IMG/VR virus record: IMGVR_UViG_3300028580_000062
Span: 1 to 64,000 of that record
Strand: one strand, 5' to 3'
Length of the DNA stretch: 64,000 bases
Origin: a virus
Lineage: Duplodnaviria > Caudoviricetes
The notes beneath the pieces are model-generated. The model searched no databases, had not been told where the DNA came from, and was given only the letters and a program-made list of their open reading frames with translations. Within the stretch, counting starts at the first letter, position 1; each line of letters begins with the position of its first letter. The position numbers and the translations under genes were made by a program. Shown here piece after piece: positions 7,568 through 19,567 of the stretch.

Positions 7568-10500
7568 ATGAAATATTCAGAGCTTATTAGCTTTAGTCCG
7601 ATTGAATCTACCTTGCAGTTGATTCAGTCCAACAGCAATAAGGCAGAGGAAATCAATAACATTAAGACCTACGTGATGTCTGAGGGCATGGCGCAGAGTA
7701 TGAAAGCACCGGTTATCGACCAACTGCAAATGGATGAGGTCGTTGATAATAAAGGCGTGCTTATTGTTGGTAACTATGGTACTGGTAAATCTCACTTGAT
7801 GAGTGTTATCTCCTCCATTGCTAAAGATGCAGACAATTTGCAGTATCTGCAGAATAAGACCTTTGCAAAAGATGTGGAATGCATCGCAGGCAAATTTGAA
7901 GTGCTGCGCATTGAAATTGGTGGCGTTACTATGTCACTTTATGATATTCTGTCGGGCTACATTCAGGATGACTTTGATAAAAGGAATATCGACTTCGAAT
8001 TCCCGGAGCAGGCCACTGTTCGGAATCCCAAAAAAGTAATTCAGGATATGATGATTGCTTTCGCTGAAAAATATCCGGACAAGGGCTATCTGATTGTAGT
8101 TGATGAGTTCCTTTCTTATTTGACATCCCGTGACGAGCGCCAGATTGTTCTTGATCTGGAGTTCTTCCGTGCACTGGGAGAAATGTGCTCCAAGAGCAAG
8201 CTCCGCGTCATCTTTGGCGTGCAGGAGAAGATTTTCGACAATCCAAGATTCAGCTTCGTTTCAGATACGTTGAAGCATGTATCTGACCGTTTCACACAAC
8301 TTATCATCACCAAGGAAGCCACATCCTACGTTGTTTCCGAGCGTATTCTGAAAAAGTCACCGGAGCAGAAGGCCTTGATTCGTAAGCATCTGGAGAAGTT
8401 CTCCAATCTCTATACAGGTATGTCCTCTCGCTTGGAGGAGTTTGTAGATCTGTATCCTATTCATCCTTCGTACATTGATGTGTTTAATAAGATTTACCTG
8501 ATTGAGAACAGACACATTCTGAAGAATATTTCCACGACTATTCGGGATATTTTTGATACAGAAGTGCCGGAAAATGCACCGGGCATTATTTCTTTCGATG
8601 ATTACTGGCCTGCAATCAAGTCCAATGGACTGCTGAAGAGTGATGTAACCATCAATCGTGTCGTTACTGCCAGCGGGCAGTTGGAGGACATTATTAATCG
8701 TGCTTTCCCGAAGCCAGCTTATAAACCGTTGGCAATCAAGATTATTTATGCGCTGAGTGTGCACCGTTTGACCACAAATGGTCTGGATGTACAATTCGGC
8801 CTGACTGCTGAAAATATGAAGGACGATCTGTGCCTTTTCCTGCCGATGCCGGAGCAGGATGCAGACTTTCTGCTTTCTCTGATTAAGACAACTTTGAAGG
8901 ATATCATGACCACCGTTTCCGGTCAGTTCATCATCTTCAATGACGGCAACAATCAGTACTACATTGACGTGGACAAGGTTGTTGACTATGACGAGAAGAT
9001 TAAGCAGAAAGCTTCTGTTATGGCAGATAGCGAGTTGAATCGATTCTTCTATCAGTTGGTTTATGGATGTCTGGATTGGGACGCAAAGCAGTACGTTCCG
9101 GGCTTTGAAATCTACCAGCGAGACCTGAATTGGGATTCCCATAACATTTTCCGTGAAGGCTATCTGTTCCTTGGCCTGCCGGGAGAACGTAGCACGGCCC
9201 AGCCGGAGAGAGATTTCTATATCCACATCATGCCGCCGTACAGCGCAACTACAATCGCTGTGAAAAATCTGGAAGATGAAGTGTATTTCTTCTTTAAGTC
9301 CTCAGACGAATTTAAGGAGCTGCTCGGTCTGTTTGCCGCAGCCAACTCTCTGGCGCAGATCAGTGAGGGCAAGGATAAGGATGCCTATCTGAACAAGGCT
9401 GGTATGGTGCGCAAGAGACTTATCAAGTACTTGGGCGAGAATAAGAACACATGCTTTGAAGTGCAGTATAAGGGCCAAAAACGCCAGATGATTGAAGTGC
9501 TGAAAGGCCGCTACAACAGAGACATGGATTTCAAGGATACCGTTGACCTTGCAGCATCGGTTTGCCTCGATGAATACTTCGACAGCATTTATCCGGAGTT
9601 CCCTGTCATGAAGACCAAGGTAACCAGAAAGAACATGGCAGAAAATGCCCGTCAGGCCTTTGATTACTTTGCAGGACGCAAGACGCAACCTGCAACACTG
9701 ATGCTGCAGAGTTTTGGCATTCTGGATGGCGATAAAATCCGTCCGGAAGGTTCCAAGTATGCTGCTTACTTTATTGATTTACTCAAAAAGCTGCCGCCGC
9801 AGGGCGTTATCAACTATTCCGACATTTTTGAGTTGAAGTTTGGCGATGTGTTTGAAGATAAGAAGTTCAAGATCAGCTTTCTGTTTACACCGATTGTATT
9901 TCTGTCTATGGTTTATGCCGGTTATGCAACGATGACCCTGAAGAGTGGAACCGTCATCACGGCCTCAAATCTCGACCAGGTATCGAAGCTGGGCGTTATG
10001 GATTTGTACGAGTTCAAGTATCTGTCCAGACCGGCTCAGATTTCTATGGTGGAGCTGAAGAAGCTGTTTGAGGTGCTGGATATCAATGGCGCGCTGCTGG
10101 ATAATCCGAATGACCGTGAGGAAGGTGTGAAACAGCTACTTGCAAAGGCTCAGGAACTGAGCAATTCCTCTGTTCTGGCTGCACGCAAGCTGCAGGAGGG
10201 CTTCGAACTCTGGGGTGAGCCGCTTGCAAACGCGCAACAGGTTGATAGGATGCAGAAAGCCTGCACTGCCGTTCGTGACGAGTTCAGCAACTACTCGGCA
10301 AAATATAACACACCAGCGAAGTTGAACAACTTTAGTCTGACCGGAGAACAGGTTGATGAACTGGCAGAACAAATTGCACTCATCAAAACCGTCGCCGAGT
10401 ATGTGACCTTCAAAGACTACTGTTCGTTTTGTCTACAAATGATTATATACCAAAGAAATTCAAAGCCATTGATAGAATGTCAGTTGGATTTTATGCGTAA

Positions 10501-12716
10501 AAACTTAAAAAATCGCATTGTTAAATTTCGATTTTGTTGATATGATTTCAATGGAATAATTGATTTGCAAGTGTTATGCTATATAATATTGGAGAATTGA
10601 ATGATGAAAAAAATAATCAGTATAGTTGCTTTTGGTATTTTATCATTTATACTTGGAGCTGCTTCGGGGGCGATAGTATGGTTGATATTGAAAATAATGG
10701 ATCTTGGCATTGAGTTTTTCTGGACTTGGCTGCCGGAAAAGTTCAACGCTGACGGCAGCCTGATATACTTCATGACGGTATGCCTCATCGGAGGATGCCT
10801 TATAGGTTTGTGGCAGAAAAAATACGGACTGCTTCCAGATGAGCTGCCTGTAGTTTTGGGAAAGATTCACAAAGACGGTAGATACCCATATGATAATCTT
10901 CATATTCTGGCGGTGTCTGCATTGCTCCCGTTGATCTTCGGCGGGGCATTAGGACCTGAAGCAGGTCTTACCGGCATAATAGCCGGGCTTTGCTGCCTGG
11001 TAGGTGACAGACTCAGGTACAAAGGAGAAAAAGTGGCTGCGCTGGCGGAAACAGGCATGTCCGCTACGCTGGGAGTGATTTTTGGATCGCCGTTATTTGG
11101 AATAATCGACAGCCTTGAACCCGATAATGAAAACGAACATTACAAGGCAAAGCTTGTCGATAAAAAAACCAGAATATTTGTTTATGTGTGCGGAGTAGCA
11201 GGGGGGATGTTGATCGTAAAAGGACTGACTGCAGTCCTTGGCGGCGGAATGGGCCTTTCAAGATTTGACAGAGCACATGGCTACGGCATTGAACAGTGGA
11301 AATGGATAATCCCATTGATACTCGCAGGTATTGCCGGAGCATTTATATATTTGATATTCAATAAGCTGACATCAATGATTGGCAATAAGTTGAAAGATCA
11401 CATAATTGTAAGATGCATGCTTGGCGGAGCGGTGCTTGCTTTGGTAGGCTGGTACGTACCCCTTACAATGTTGTCGGGAGAAACCGATATGGGTACAATT
11501 ATGGCAGATTGGCAGACAATGAGCGTATCGGTGCTTTTCGTTATCGCAGTGTGCAAGCTATTCCTGGTCAATTTCTGCCTGAATATGGGTTGGAGAGGTG
11601 GAAGCATATTCCCTATAATTTTCTCGGGAGTAGCCATTGGATTTGCTTTTGCACTGATGACAGGAATGGATGGGGCATATGCAGTAGCAGTTGTGTGCGG
11701 TGCCATATATGGATATATAATGAGAAAGCCTGTGACAGTTATCGCTGTGCTTCTGCTGTGCTTCCCGGTGACTTATATAGTGCCTCTCGGGATTTCAGCA
11801 TTCATAGCGTCCAAAATACCGATGCCACGCTGCCTGGTTGAATAGTTGAATGAAATAATTACGAAAGACAGATTGCTCTGCAGTTGTGAGCTATATTGCT
11901 AATATTGAGTTCCTTGATCTTGGAGCAGTTTTCAAGCAGGAGCTTGAGGCCGGAAAGGCAGCCTTTCGCGAAATCAGAGACGACATCGCAGATGGCGCTT
12001 CCGGTGAAACGGCAGCGCAGAAGGTTACGACCGAACTGGATAAACTGAAAGATAAATACATTACGATGTACTTTGAGGAGCATAAGAAAAAGCGCCTTGA
12101 CATCGAGGATGCAAAGCGCCGTGGAAAATTGCAGGAAAGTGTTGCACTGGCAAATCTGCGCAAGCTGCGTAGCATAGAGATCCTTTCAGGTGCAAAGCTG
12201 ACTGCCATTGAACAGGATATGGCTGATCTGAAGGTCTGTTATGAACTAACACCTGTTGAGTTGAAGACAAGTCACATTTGCCCTCACTGCCACTATACCT
12301 ATGGCGACAAGGCAAAAAATGTAGCCGGGCAACTGGACAACATTGATATTCGCATGGATGATTTGGTGACGGAATGGACAAATACGCTGCTCAACACAAT
12401 CTCTGACCCGATTGTGGTTAGCCAGAAGGAGTACTTGAGTGCGGAACAGCAGAAGGTCATCGATGAGTTTATTTCCACCAAAACACTGCCAAAGCATGTA
12501 GACGATCACTTCGTGAATAGCATCAAGGCGCTGCTTCAGGGCTTTGAGCCAGTGGTTATCGATACGGAGGATATAGTTGCAAAGCTGGATGAGCTTGGCC
12601 CTTGTGATGTGGCTACATTCAAGAACAAGCTGAATAGCATTGTGGAGTCTTATATCAAGGGAAAAGATGCAGCTAAACTGCGTATCGTAGTGAAGCGGAA
12701 AGATAGTGAGGTGTAA
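7568..12716 (+). pseudogene. brxC: BREX type 3 ATPase BrxC/PglY (DUF6079 family), split by a ~1.45 kb insertion
   Basis: Walker A GNYGTGKSH, Walker B LIVVDEF; joining 10420 to 11874 restores the frame (FKDY-CSAVVSYIANIE) and gives ~1231 aa. Confidence 0.85.
10601..11845 (+). CDS. ClC/YfeO-like voltage-gated chloride channel family protein
   Basis: Many TM helices; GGALGPEAG and GGSIFP motifs correspond to ClC signature motifs; own RBS and TTGATT-16-TATAAT promoter candidate at 10560-10587. Confidence 0.8.
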   Translation: MMKKIISIVAFGILSFILGAASGAIVWLILKIMDLGIEFFWTWLPEKFNADGSLIYFMTVCLIGGCLIGLWQKKYGLLPDELPVVLGKIHKDGRYPYDNLHILAVSALLPLIFGGALGPEAGLTGIIAGLCCLVGDRLRYKGEKVAALAETGMSATLGVIFGSPLFGIIDSLEPDNENEHYKAKLVDKKTRIFVYVCGVAGGMLIVKGLTAVLGGGMGLSRFDRAHGYGIEQWKWIIPLILAGIAGAFIYLIFNKLTSMIGNKLKDHIIVRCMLGGAVLALVGWYVPLTMLSGETDMGTIMADWQTMSVSVLFVIAVCKLFLVNFCLNMGWRGGSIFPIIFSGVAIGFAFALMTGMDGAYAVAVVCGAIYGYIMRKPVTVIAVLLLCFPVTYIVPLGISAFIASKIPMPRCLVE

Positions 12717-12718
12717 CG

Positions 12719-15219
12719 ATGGAACCAAGAAAATTAACGAAAGAGGATATCGACAAAGTTCGCGACATTGAGGGCTTTCCGATTGCCAAGGATGAAGATA
12801 TCATTGCTCTTTCAAATGCACCGTTTTATACGGCATGTCCTAATCCATTTATAGATGAATTCATCAGGGAAAATGGGACTCCTTACGATGAAGCAACGGA
12901 TGACTATCATTGCGAGCCTTTTGCTGCGGATGTAAGTGAAGGTAAATATAATCCAGTGTATAGAATGCATCCTTATCATACAAAAGTTCCTCATGCGGCA
13001 ATTGTTAAATATTTGGAGCATTACACGAAACCTGGTGACCTTGTTTTTGACGGTTTTTGCGGAACGGGGATGACTGGTGTTGCAGCTCAATTATGCGGAG
13101 AGGGTAGCCTTTTTCATCCAACTGAACCACGGAAAGCGATTATTTGTGATATTTCTCCCGAAGCTACATTTATTTCTAACGCATACAACCAATCATATAG
13201 CTTCGATAAGGTTTTTAAAGAGGCTCAAAGACTTGCAGACGAATGTGAAAAAAAGTACGGTTGGATGTATAAGACAAAAGTCGACGGTACTGTATTGGCC
13301 AATGTAGACTCTTGCGTATGGTCTGATGTTTTCATTTGTCCGCATTGTGGGCATGAGTTCGTCTTCTGGGATGAAGCCGTGGATGTTGAAAATGGGAAAA
13401 TACCTACACAGTTTAGTTGCCAATCTTGTGGTGCTAAATTGAAAAAGAATGACTGTCAGCATGCGATTGAAATTTCATATGACAAAATAATAGGAGAGAC
13501 AATCAAAACCTACAAGCAAATCCCAGTGTTTATCGGATATAGTGGTGCTGCACGCGGTACCAAAAAAACCGATGAATATGACCTCGATATTATCAAAAAG
13601 ATAGAGGATACTCCGGTGGAAGGCTTTATTCCAATCGCGATTATACCAAATGGAGAAAAGACTCAAGAAGCCATTACGCGTGGAATTACACGATCATATC
13701 AATTTTACTATAAACGTTCTCTTTTGGCATTAAGTTATCTCTGGACAAATGGTAGTTTGAGAATAAAAAGTATTGTCTCAAAGCTGTTATTTAGAATGAC
13801 TAAGCGATATGCATTGACATATCAAAGTGGCACATGGGGCGCAGGAGGCGGCCCTACTCCAGGAACGCTTTATATACCATCGTTGGTGAAGGAACTGAAC
13901 ATTATCAATCAATTCAGAGATGCAGTTCGAGATTATTCAAAGGCTTACTCAAATTATTCCGAAGGAAATGTATTGATTACAACCCAAAGTTCAACTGCGG
14001 TTCCTCAGATTCCGGATAATACTATTGATTATATTTTTACTGACCCTCCTTTTGGAAGCAATATCATGTATTCGGAACTGAATTTTATATGGGAATCTTG
14101 GCTTAATGTATTTACGAATGAAAAAAGGGAGGCGATTGTAAGCCAACTTCATGGAAAGAATCTTTTGGATTATCAACAGTTAATGTCAAATTGTTTTTTG
14201 GAGGACTGTAGGATTCTCAAGCCTGGTCGTTGGATTACTATTGAATTTCATAATTCAAAAAATGCTGTGTGGAATTCAATTCAGGAAGCAATACAATCTG
14301 CAGGATTTGTTGTGGCAGATGTCAGAGTTTTGGATAAAAAGCGAGATAGCTTTAACCAAGTAAAAGAAGCAAGTCAGGCAATAAAACAGGATTTGGTAAT
14401 TTCAGCATATAAACCTATGGGCGAGTTTCGCAAAAAATTCTCTCAAGATATTGGTAGTGAGGAAACAGTGTGGGACTTTGTCCGGCAACATCTTGAAAAG
14501 GTACCAAAAGTCGTTATTCAGGATGATAAAATAAAAATCGTAACAGAACGTCAAGCATATTTGCTTTACGACAGAATGGTGGCATATCATATCGTGCAAG
14601 GAATTGCTGTACCTATCGACTCTACAAGTTTTTTCAGGGGACTGGATAGCAGGTATTTGAAACGCGATGACATGTATTTCCTGCCAAACCAAGTAAACGA
14701 GTATGATAAAGCTCGAATCAAGGCGGATGTTGAGCCTATCCAATTCAGTTCAGTTTATTTGTTACAAATGAAAAAACTGCAATTTCTTGGCTTTATCAAC
14801 AACTTAGCGAAGATTTTGACGGGCCACAGACATACGCACAGCTTCAGCCAAAGTTCATGCAGGAAGTAAAGTCAGTAGATCAATATGAATCTATGCCAGA
14901 GTTAGCTGTTCTTCTTGAAGAAAACTTCCTTCAGGATGAGAAGGGCCGCTGGTATATCCCTGATGTGACCAAAGAAGGTGACGTTACCAAACTGCGTGAG
15001 AAGAATCTCTGGAAAGAGTTCGAAGGTTATATGAGCAGCAAGGGCAAGCTCAAACTGTTCCGTTCCGAAGCAGTCCGTGTGGGCTTCTCTCGGCTGTGGA
15101 AGGACAAAAACTACAAGGCCATCGTGGACATTGCAGAGCGTCTGCCGGAGCAGACAATTCAGGAGGATGCAAATCTCTTGATGTACTACGATATTAGCTT
15201 AGGTCGTATCAAAGATTGA
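12719..15219 (+). pseudogene. pglXI: BREX type 3 DNA methyltransferase PglXI, frameshifted
   Basis: FDGFCGTG (motif I) and TDPPF (motif IV); TTCAG duplication at 14744-14753; removing one copy fuses the ORF to 14857..15219 (~831 aa). Confidence 0.85.
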
Positions 15220-15230
15220 GGTGAAGAGGA

Positions 15231-16979
15231 ATGCTGGAAATCGGCGATTTCGCTTTTGACACGCTGGAACAAGCGAATGTGCAGGTACTGGAGAAAATTG
15301 AAGTATGGGGCTATGTTTCCTACAAGGTTTTCAATCCGGCTACCGGCCATGTCTACAAAGCGACAGAAGAACAATTGAATTCAGAAGTCGGTAGCATTCG
15401 CTACGATGAGAATTATCTGCGATATGTTGTACAGCTTTCAAAAATCAAAAACGAGACCGCCGGAGGCTTCCTTTCGTCACTGGCAAGCGGTATTATCCCG
15501 TTGCCGCATCAGCTTCATGTGCTCAATCGCGCAATGGAGACAAACAATATCCGCTATATTCTGGCGGACGAAGTTGGTCTCGGCAAAACGATCGAAGCCG
15601 GGATGATTGTCAAAGAACTGAAGAGCCGTGGACTTGTCAGCCGAGTACTTGTGGTTTGTCCGACCGGTCTTGTAACACAGCCGTTACTGGAAACCATTGA
15701 TGCCATAATGAGCGATGACAAGACCCAGAAAATCATTATCTTCACGGAGTTTGTTGCCACACAGAAATATCTGCAGGAGCTTCTGACAAATCGCGGCTTC
15801 TCTGTTACGGTCTTAAACGGTAGCATGGATATCGAAGAACGAAACGAAGCTATGCAGGAATTCAAGAACAGTACCAGTATCTTTATTTCGACTGATGCTG
15901 GTGGGGAAGGTCTCAACCTTCAGTTTGCAAATATCATCGTCAACTATGATCTGCCTTGGAACCCGATGAAAATCGAGCAGCGCTGTGGTCGTGCAGACCG
16001 TATTGGCCAGCAGAGAGACGTACATATTTATAACTTTATCGTTTCGGATACAGTGGAAAATCGTGTGCGTGAAGTGCTGGAAGAAAAGTTGTCTGTAATT
16101 TTGAAGGAAATGGGCGTAGATAAATACTCCGATGTTTTAGACAGCGAAGTCGCTGAGTGTGATTTTACTGAGGTCTATATGCGTTCCGTTGGTCATCCGG
16201 GACAGGTTGAAAAGAATACCTATCCGGTTGAAGCCGAGATGAAGCAGCAGCTCGCCAATGCAAAGAAATATAAGGATGTTATCCGTGAAGAAAAGGATTT
16301 GACACGTCTGGTTGGAACAGAATCTGATTTTGATGTGGATGTGGCCCTTCGTACCATGATGACCTATTATGAGTGCTGGAAAGGCAATGACCCTCGGCTG
16401 ATTGACCGTATCAGTATTGGTGATGAAGAAATTACAAAACATTTGCGGACAGAAATTCTTCAGGATAGAACAAATCCGCTGCTTTCAGTGAGCATTGCTA
16501 ATTTCCCCAATGAGGCCGGTTATTTTATGTTGTGGGAGCTTTCTATATCTGATGATGAAAGCGGAAAGCGTATTATCCCCATCTTTGTAAATGATGATAT
16601 GATTTTACGTCCGATGGCAGGAAAGCGTTTGATGGATGTTTTCCTTGATGGCACCAGTCGTTTGACGATTGGAACTGCTCCAAATATAAAGGCAGAGAAA
16701 TATGAAAATCTTGAGAAGCTCAGCATGGAATTCGCTTATGATACCTTCATGGAATTGAAGGGGAAGCAACTGCAGCTGAATCAGGAAAGCTATAACAAAT
16801 ATATGTATGCTTTAAAGCTCCGGATGGAAGCTGCTGAGCATATCGGAATAGAAAATATCCGCCGAGGCCGATTGGCGAAGCTGGAAAAAGAGAAGGCCAC
16901 CATTGAATCTGAGCATAAGAAAGGTACACAAGTGTATCCGGACTTCCGCTTGATGCTGGCAGTCAGATTGGAGGCATAA
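15231..16979 (+). pseudogene. brxHII: BREX type 3 SNF2-like helicase BrxHII with large in-frame internal deletion
   Basis: LADEVGLGKT (motif I) and VVCPTGLVTQ (Ia) run directly into the HelicaseC region (KIIIFTEF, EQRCGRADRIGQ); no DEAH box. Confidence 0.75.
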
Positions 16980-16982
16980 CGC

Positions 16983-18437
16983 ATGTTTGGAGACTATGTG
17001 CTGAAACAGGCAGCAGCAGAATACAACAATCGAATACTCCTTATAGATGACGAAGGACTGGATGAAGCAACTCATTACAGTGCTGACTTTCAGGCGCATG
17101 GCTTTGAAGTGGTGCATTATACAGATGATTTGACTTTTCGAATTGAGTATGAGGGTAAGCTGAAAAGTACAAAGGACAAGTTGCTGGTACTTGCACATTC
17201 TAATAGCTATATTCCCTATGACCTTCAACGAAGACTTCGGGCTTATATTGTTTCAATGGACAGACTGTTTCCAAAGTTGAATATTGAGGTTTTGAAATCA
17301 CACAGGAACCTTGATCTGGAGCTTTTATGCTTAGCATATTTGAAGAATTTCGACGATCTTCGTCAGCGCAAACAGACGGAGGACTTTATTCAGGAAAAGG
17401 TTGACAGCCCGGAAAATGTTGCCGCGTATCTTGAACAGCTTGATATTGAATTGCAGCAGAAGCAGGAGCAAGTTAATTCATATCGTGATTGGTTTGCCAT
17501 TGCAGAGATAAAGGCGAAGATTGATACGCTTGCTACTGAGCACAAATTGAATGTTGACACTTCAGTCGTAAACAGAGTTTTTAAAGATTATGTTTTGGCG
17601 CAGTTTGGTAAGCTGTCCTCTGAAATGAGCCGGGAGACACCCGTGCTTGTTAGCCGTGCGATGGATTACATGCACGACCATAGCAGCAAATTTGTGATTA
17701 TAGTAATGGATGGTATGTCAGAATTTGACTGGAGGATTATCTCTAAGTCCTTTCAGAATGTTCAATATGAGCAGACAGCTGCGTTTGCTATGATTCCAAG
17801 CACCACGTCGATTTCACGGCAGTGCCTGTTATCAAATAAAACACCAGGTCAGCTGCTGGAGCCGTGGAAACAAAGCAAGGAAAAGCAGGAATTTGTGGCC
17901 TGTGCAAAATCAATGGGCTATACAGATAATCAGATAGGTTATGAACGTGGTTACGAGGCGCAGTTTGGCTCCTTTGTAAAGTGTGGCGCGGTCATAATTA
18001 ACGATGTCGATGATATGGTGCATGCGCAGCACCAAGGCCGTCTGGGAATGCTAAATGACATTGGTGTTCTCTCCGATCAGCATAAGCTGGTAGACATGAC
18101 AAAGCGGTTTCTTTCAGAAGGTTTTGATGTTTATATCTCTGCAGACCATGGAAACACGCCATGCACTGGACTTGGAAAATTAATGGGTACTGGAGTGGAA
18201 ACAGAGACAAAGAGCCACAGAATGCTGGTGCTACAAAACTTTGCTGACAAAGCAGGACTCATACAAAAGTATGGAATGATAGAATATCCGAAATATTATC
18301 TGAATAAGGACTTCGATTATCTGATTTGTGATGTAGGAGACTCCTTTGATGCCAAGGGCGAGGAAGTCATGACGCACGGCGGCATATCAATTGACGAGGT
18401 CATAGTACCTTTTATCAAAATAAAGGCGGTAAAGTGA
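16983..18437 (+). CDS. pglZ: BREX PglZ alkaline-phosphatase-fold protein
   Basis: IVMDGMS, ISADHGN and THGGISIDE motifs. Confidence 0.9.
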   Translation: MFGDYVLKQAAAEYNNRILLIDDEGLDEATHYSADFQAHGFEVVHYTDDLTFRIEYEGKLKSTKDKLLVLAHSNSYIPYDLQRRLRAYIVSMDRLFPKLNIEVLKSHRNLDLELLCLAYLKNFDDLRQRKQTEDFIQEKVDSPENVAAYLEQLDIELQQKQEQVNSYRDWFAIAEIKAKIDTLATEHKLNVDTSVVNRVFKDYVLAQFGKLSSEMSRETPVLVSRAMDYMHDHSSKFVIIVMDGMSEFDWRIISKSFQNVQYEQTAAFAMIPSTTSISRQCLLSNKTPGQLLEPWKQSKEKQEFVACAKSMGYTDNQIGYERGYEAQFGSFVKCGAVIINDVDDMVHAQHQGRLGMLNDIGVLSDQHKLVDMTKRFLSEGFDVYISADHGNTPCTGLGKLMGTGVETETKSHRMLVLQNFADKAGLIQKYGMIEYPKYYLNKDFDYLICDVGDSFDAKGEEVMTHGGISIDEVIVPFIKIKAVK

Positions 18438-19145
18438 ATGGCAAAGATGGTAGGCTTATCGAGAAACTTGAAACTATCATGGTTGAATCAAGCCGTGGAG
18501 TTGGTTTCGAGCGAGTTGACAGAGAATGAAATAAAAGAAAAATTGAATGAATACTTGGGCTTTGAAATCGGGAGTCCCACAAATGTTCGTAAGACCAGAG
18601 AAATTCTAATGTGCATCTGGAGCTATGAAAATGAATATACAGAAAAATTAAGACCTACAGCACTCGAACTGATTAAGAAATATCCGGATTATGCGCTTGA
18701 AATTCACTGGAGCATGATGTTGGCGGCTTATCCGGTTTTTATGGATATGTGCAAACTTATCGGTAAAATGTCAGAGTTCCAGGATGAGATTACGCTGGCC
18801 CAACTGAAGCAGAAGCTGTTTGATGAGTGGGGAGAGCGTACGACACTATATCACTCCATTGACAAACTGGTATCCACACTAAAAGAGTTTGGAGTTCTCA
18901 TTTGCGACAAACCCGGAAAATACCGAATCAGTAAGCACAAGGTTGCAAGAGATGAGATCAGTAGTTTTTTGGTTTATACCATGATGAATGTGGATGACAG
19001 TGGATATTATTCTTTTCAAGAGCTGAACGCCTCAACATATCTGTTCCCATTCGAATATCGAGTGACCAAGGAAACTTTGTTGCAGGATGATCGTTTCGTA
19101 ATGAACAATTTCGGTGGAGAACTATCGATAGCACTGAACAACTAA
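18438..19145 (+). CDS. brxA: BrxA-like (DUF1819) protein
   Basis: Abuts pglZ in the canonical terminal position; IHWSMMLAAYPVF and GERTTL motifs. Confidence 0.7.
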   Translation: MAKMVGLSRNLKLSWLNQAVELVSSELTENEIKEKLNEYLGFEIGSPTNVRKTREILMCIWSYENEYTEKLRPTALELIKKYPDYALEIHWSMMLAAYPVFMDMCKLIGKMSEFQDEITLAQLKQKLFDEWGERTTLYHSIDKLVSTLKEFGVLICDKPGKYRISKHKVARDEISSFLVYTMMNVDDSGYYSFQELNASTYLFPFEYRVTKETLLQDDRFVMNNFGGELSIALNN

Positions 19146-19567
19146 TATCATTACTGTTGTGGATGTAGATTTAACAGATTACATCCGAGCGTAGTTTACT
19201 ATTAATGATCTGACGGTGTTTTGCCGTGGCAGGGATAAAGAGCAGCACCGTTTAATTTTGCCCCACTTTTTAATTATCCATATTCTGACCGAAAGGAGAC
19301 CTTGTAAAGATGGCATTAACAGCAAGAATGGCTCGTCTCAAAATGCCCAATTTCAGGTGCAGAACGAGCCGTAGGAACTATCAAAACACGGGAAATGCCT
19401 TGTTTACAGGGCCTTTTCACTACACAAATCCTTGTATCAAAAACGTGGTCTTGATAGACTCAGCTTAATATAGAGGCTATATTTTGATGGATATGTACGA
19501 TTATTTAGTTATAACTTGCAGCACAAAGGAAATGCTGTGAAATGAATTAGAACAGGAGGCCATCAGC

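Noticed and set aside
8357-9688. Long antisense ORFs opposite brxC
   Set aside because: Shadow ORFs of a codon-biased gene with no motifs; the same applies to 8..595, 12246..12728 and 60778..61653.
10421-11873. IS/transposon or integron cassette carrying the ClC gene
   Set aside because: No transposase, no convincing terminal inverted repeats and no attC-like structure were found.
19280-19300. Hammerhead-like CTGA...GAAA motif
   Set aside because: The core lacks CTGATGA and the required flanking stems.
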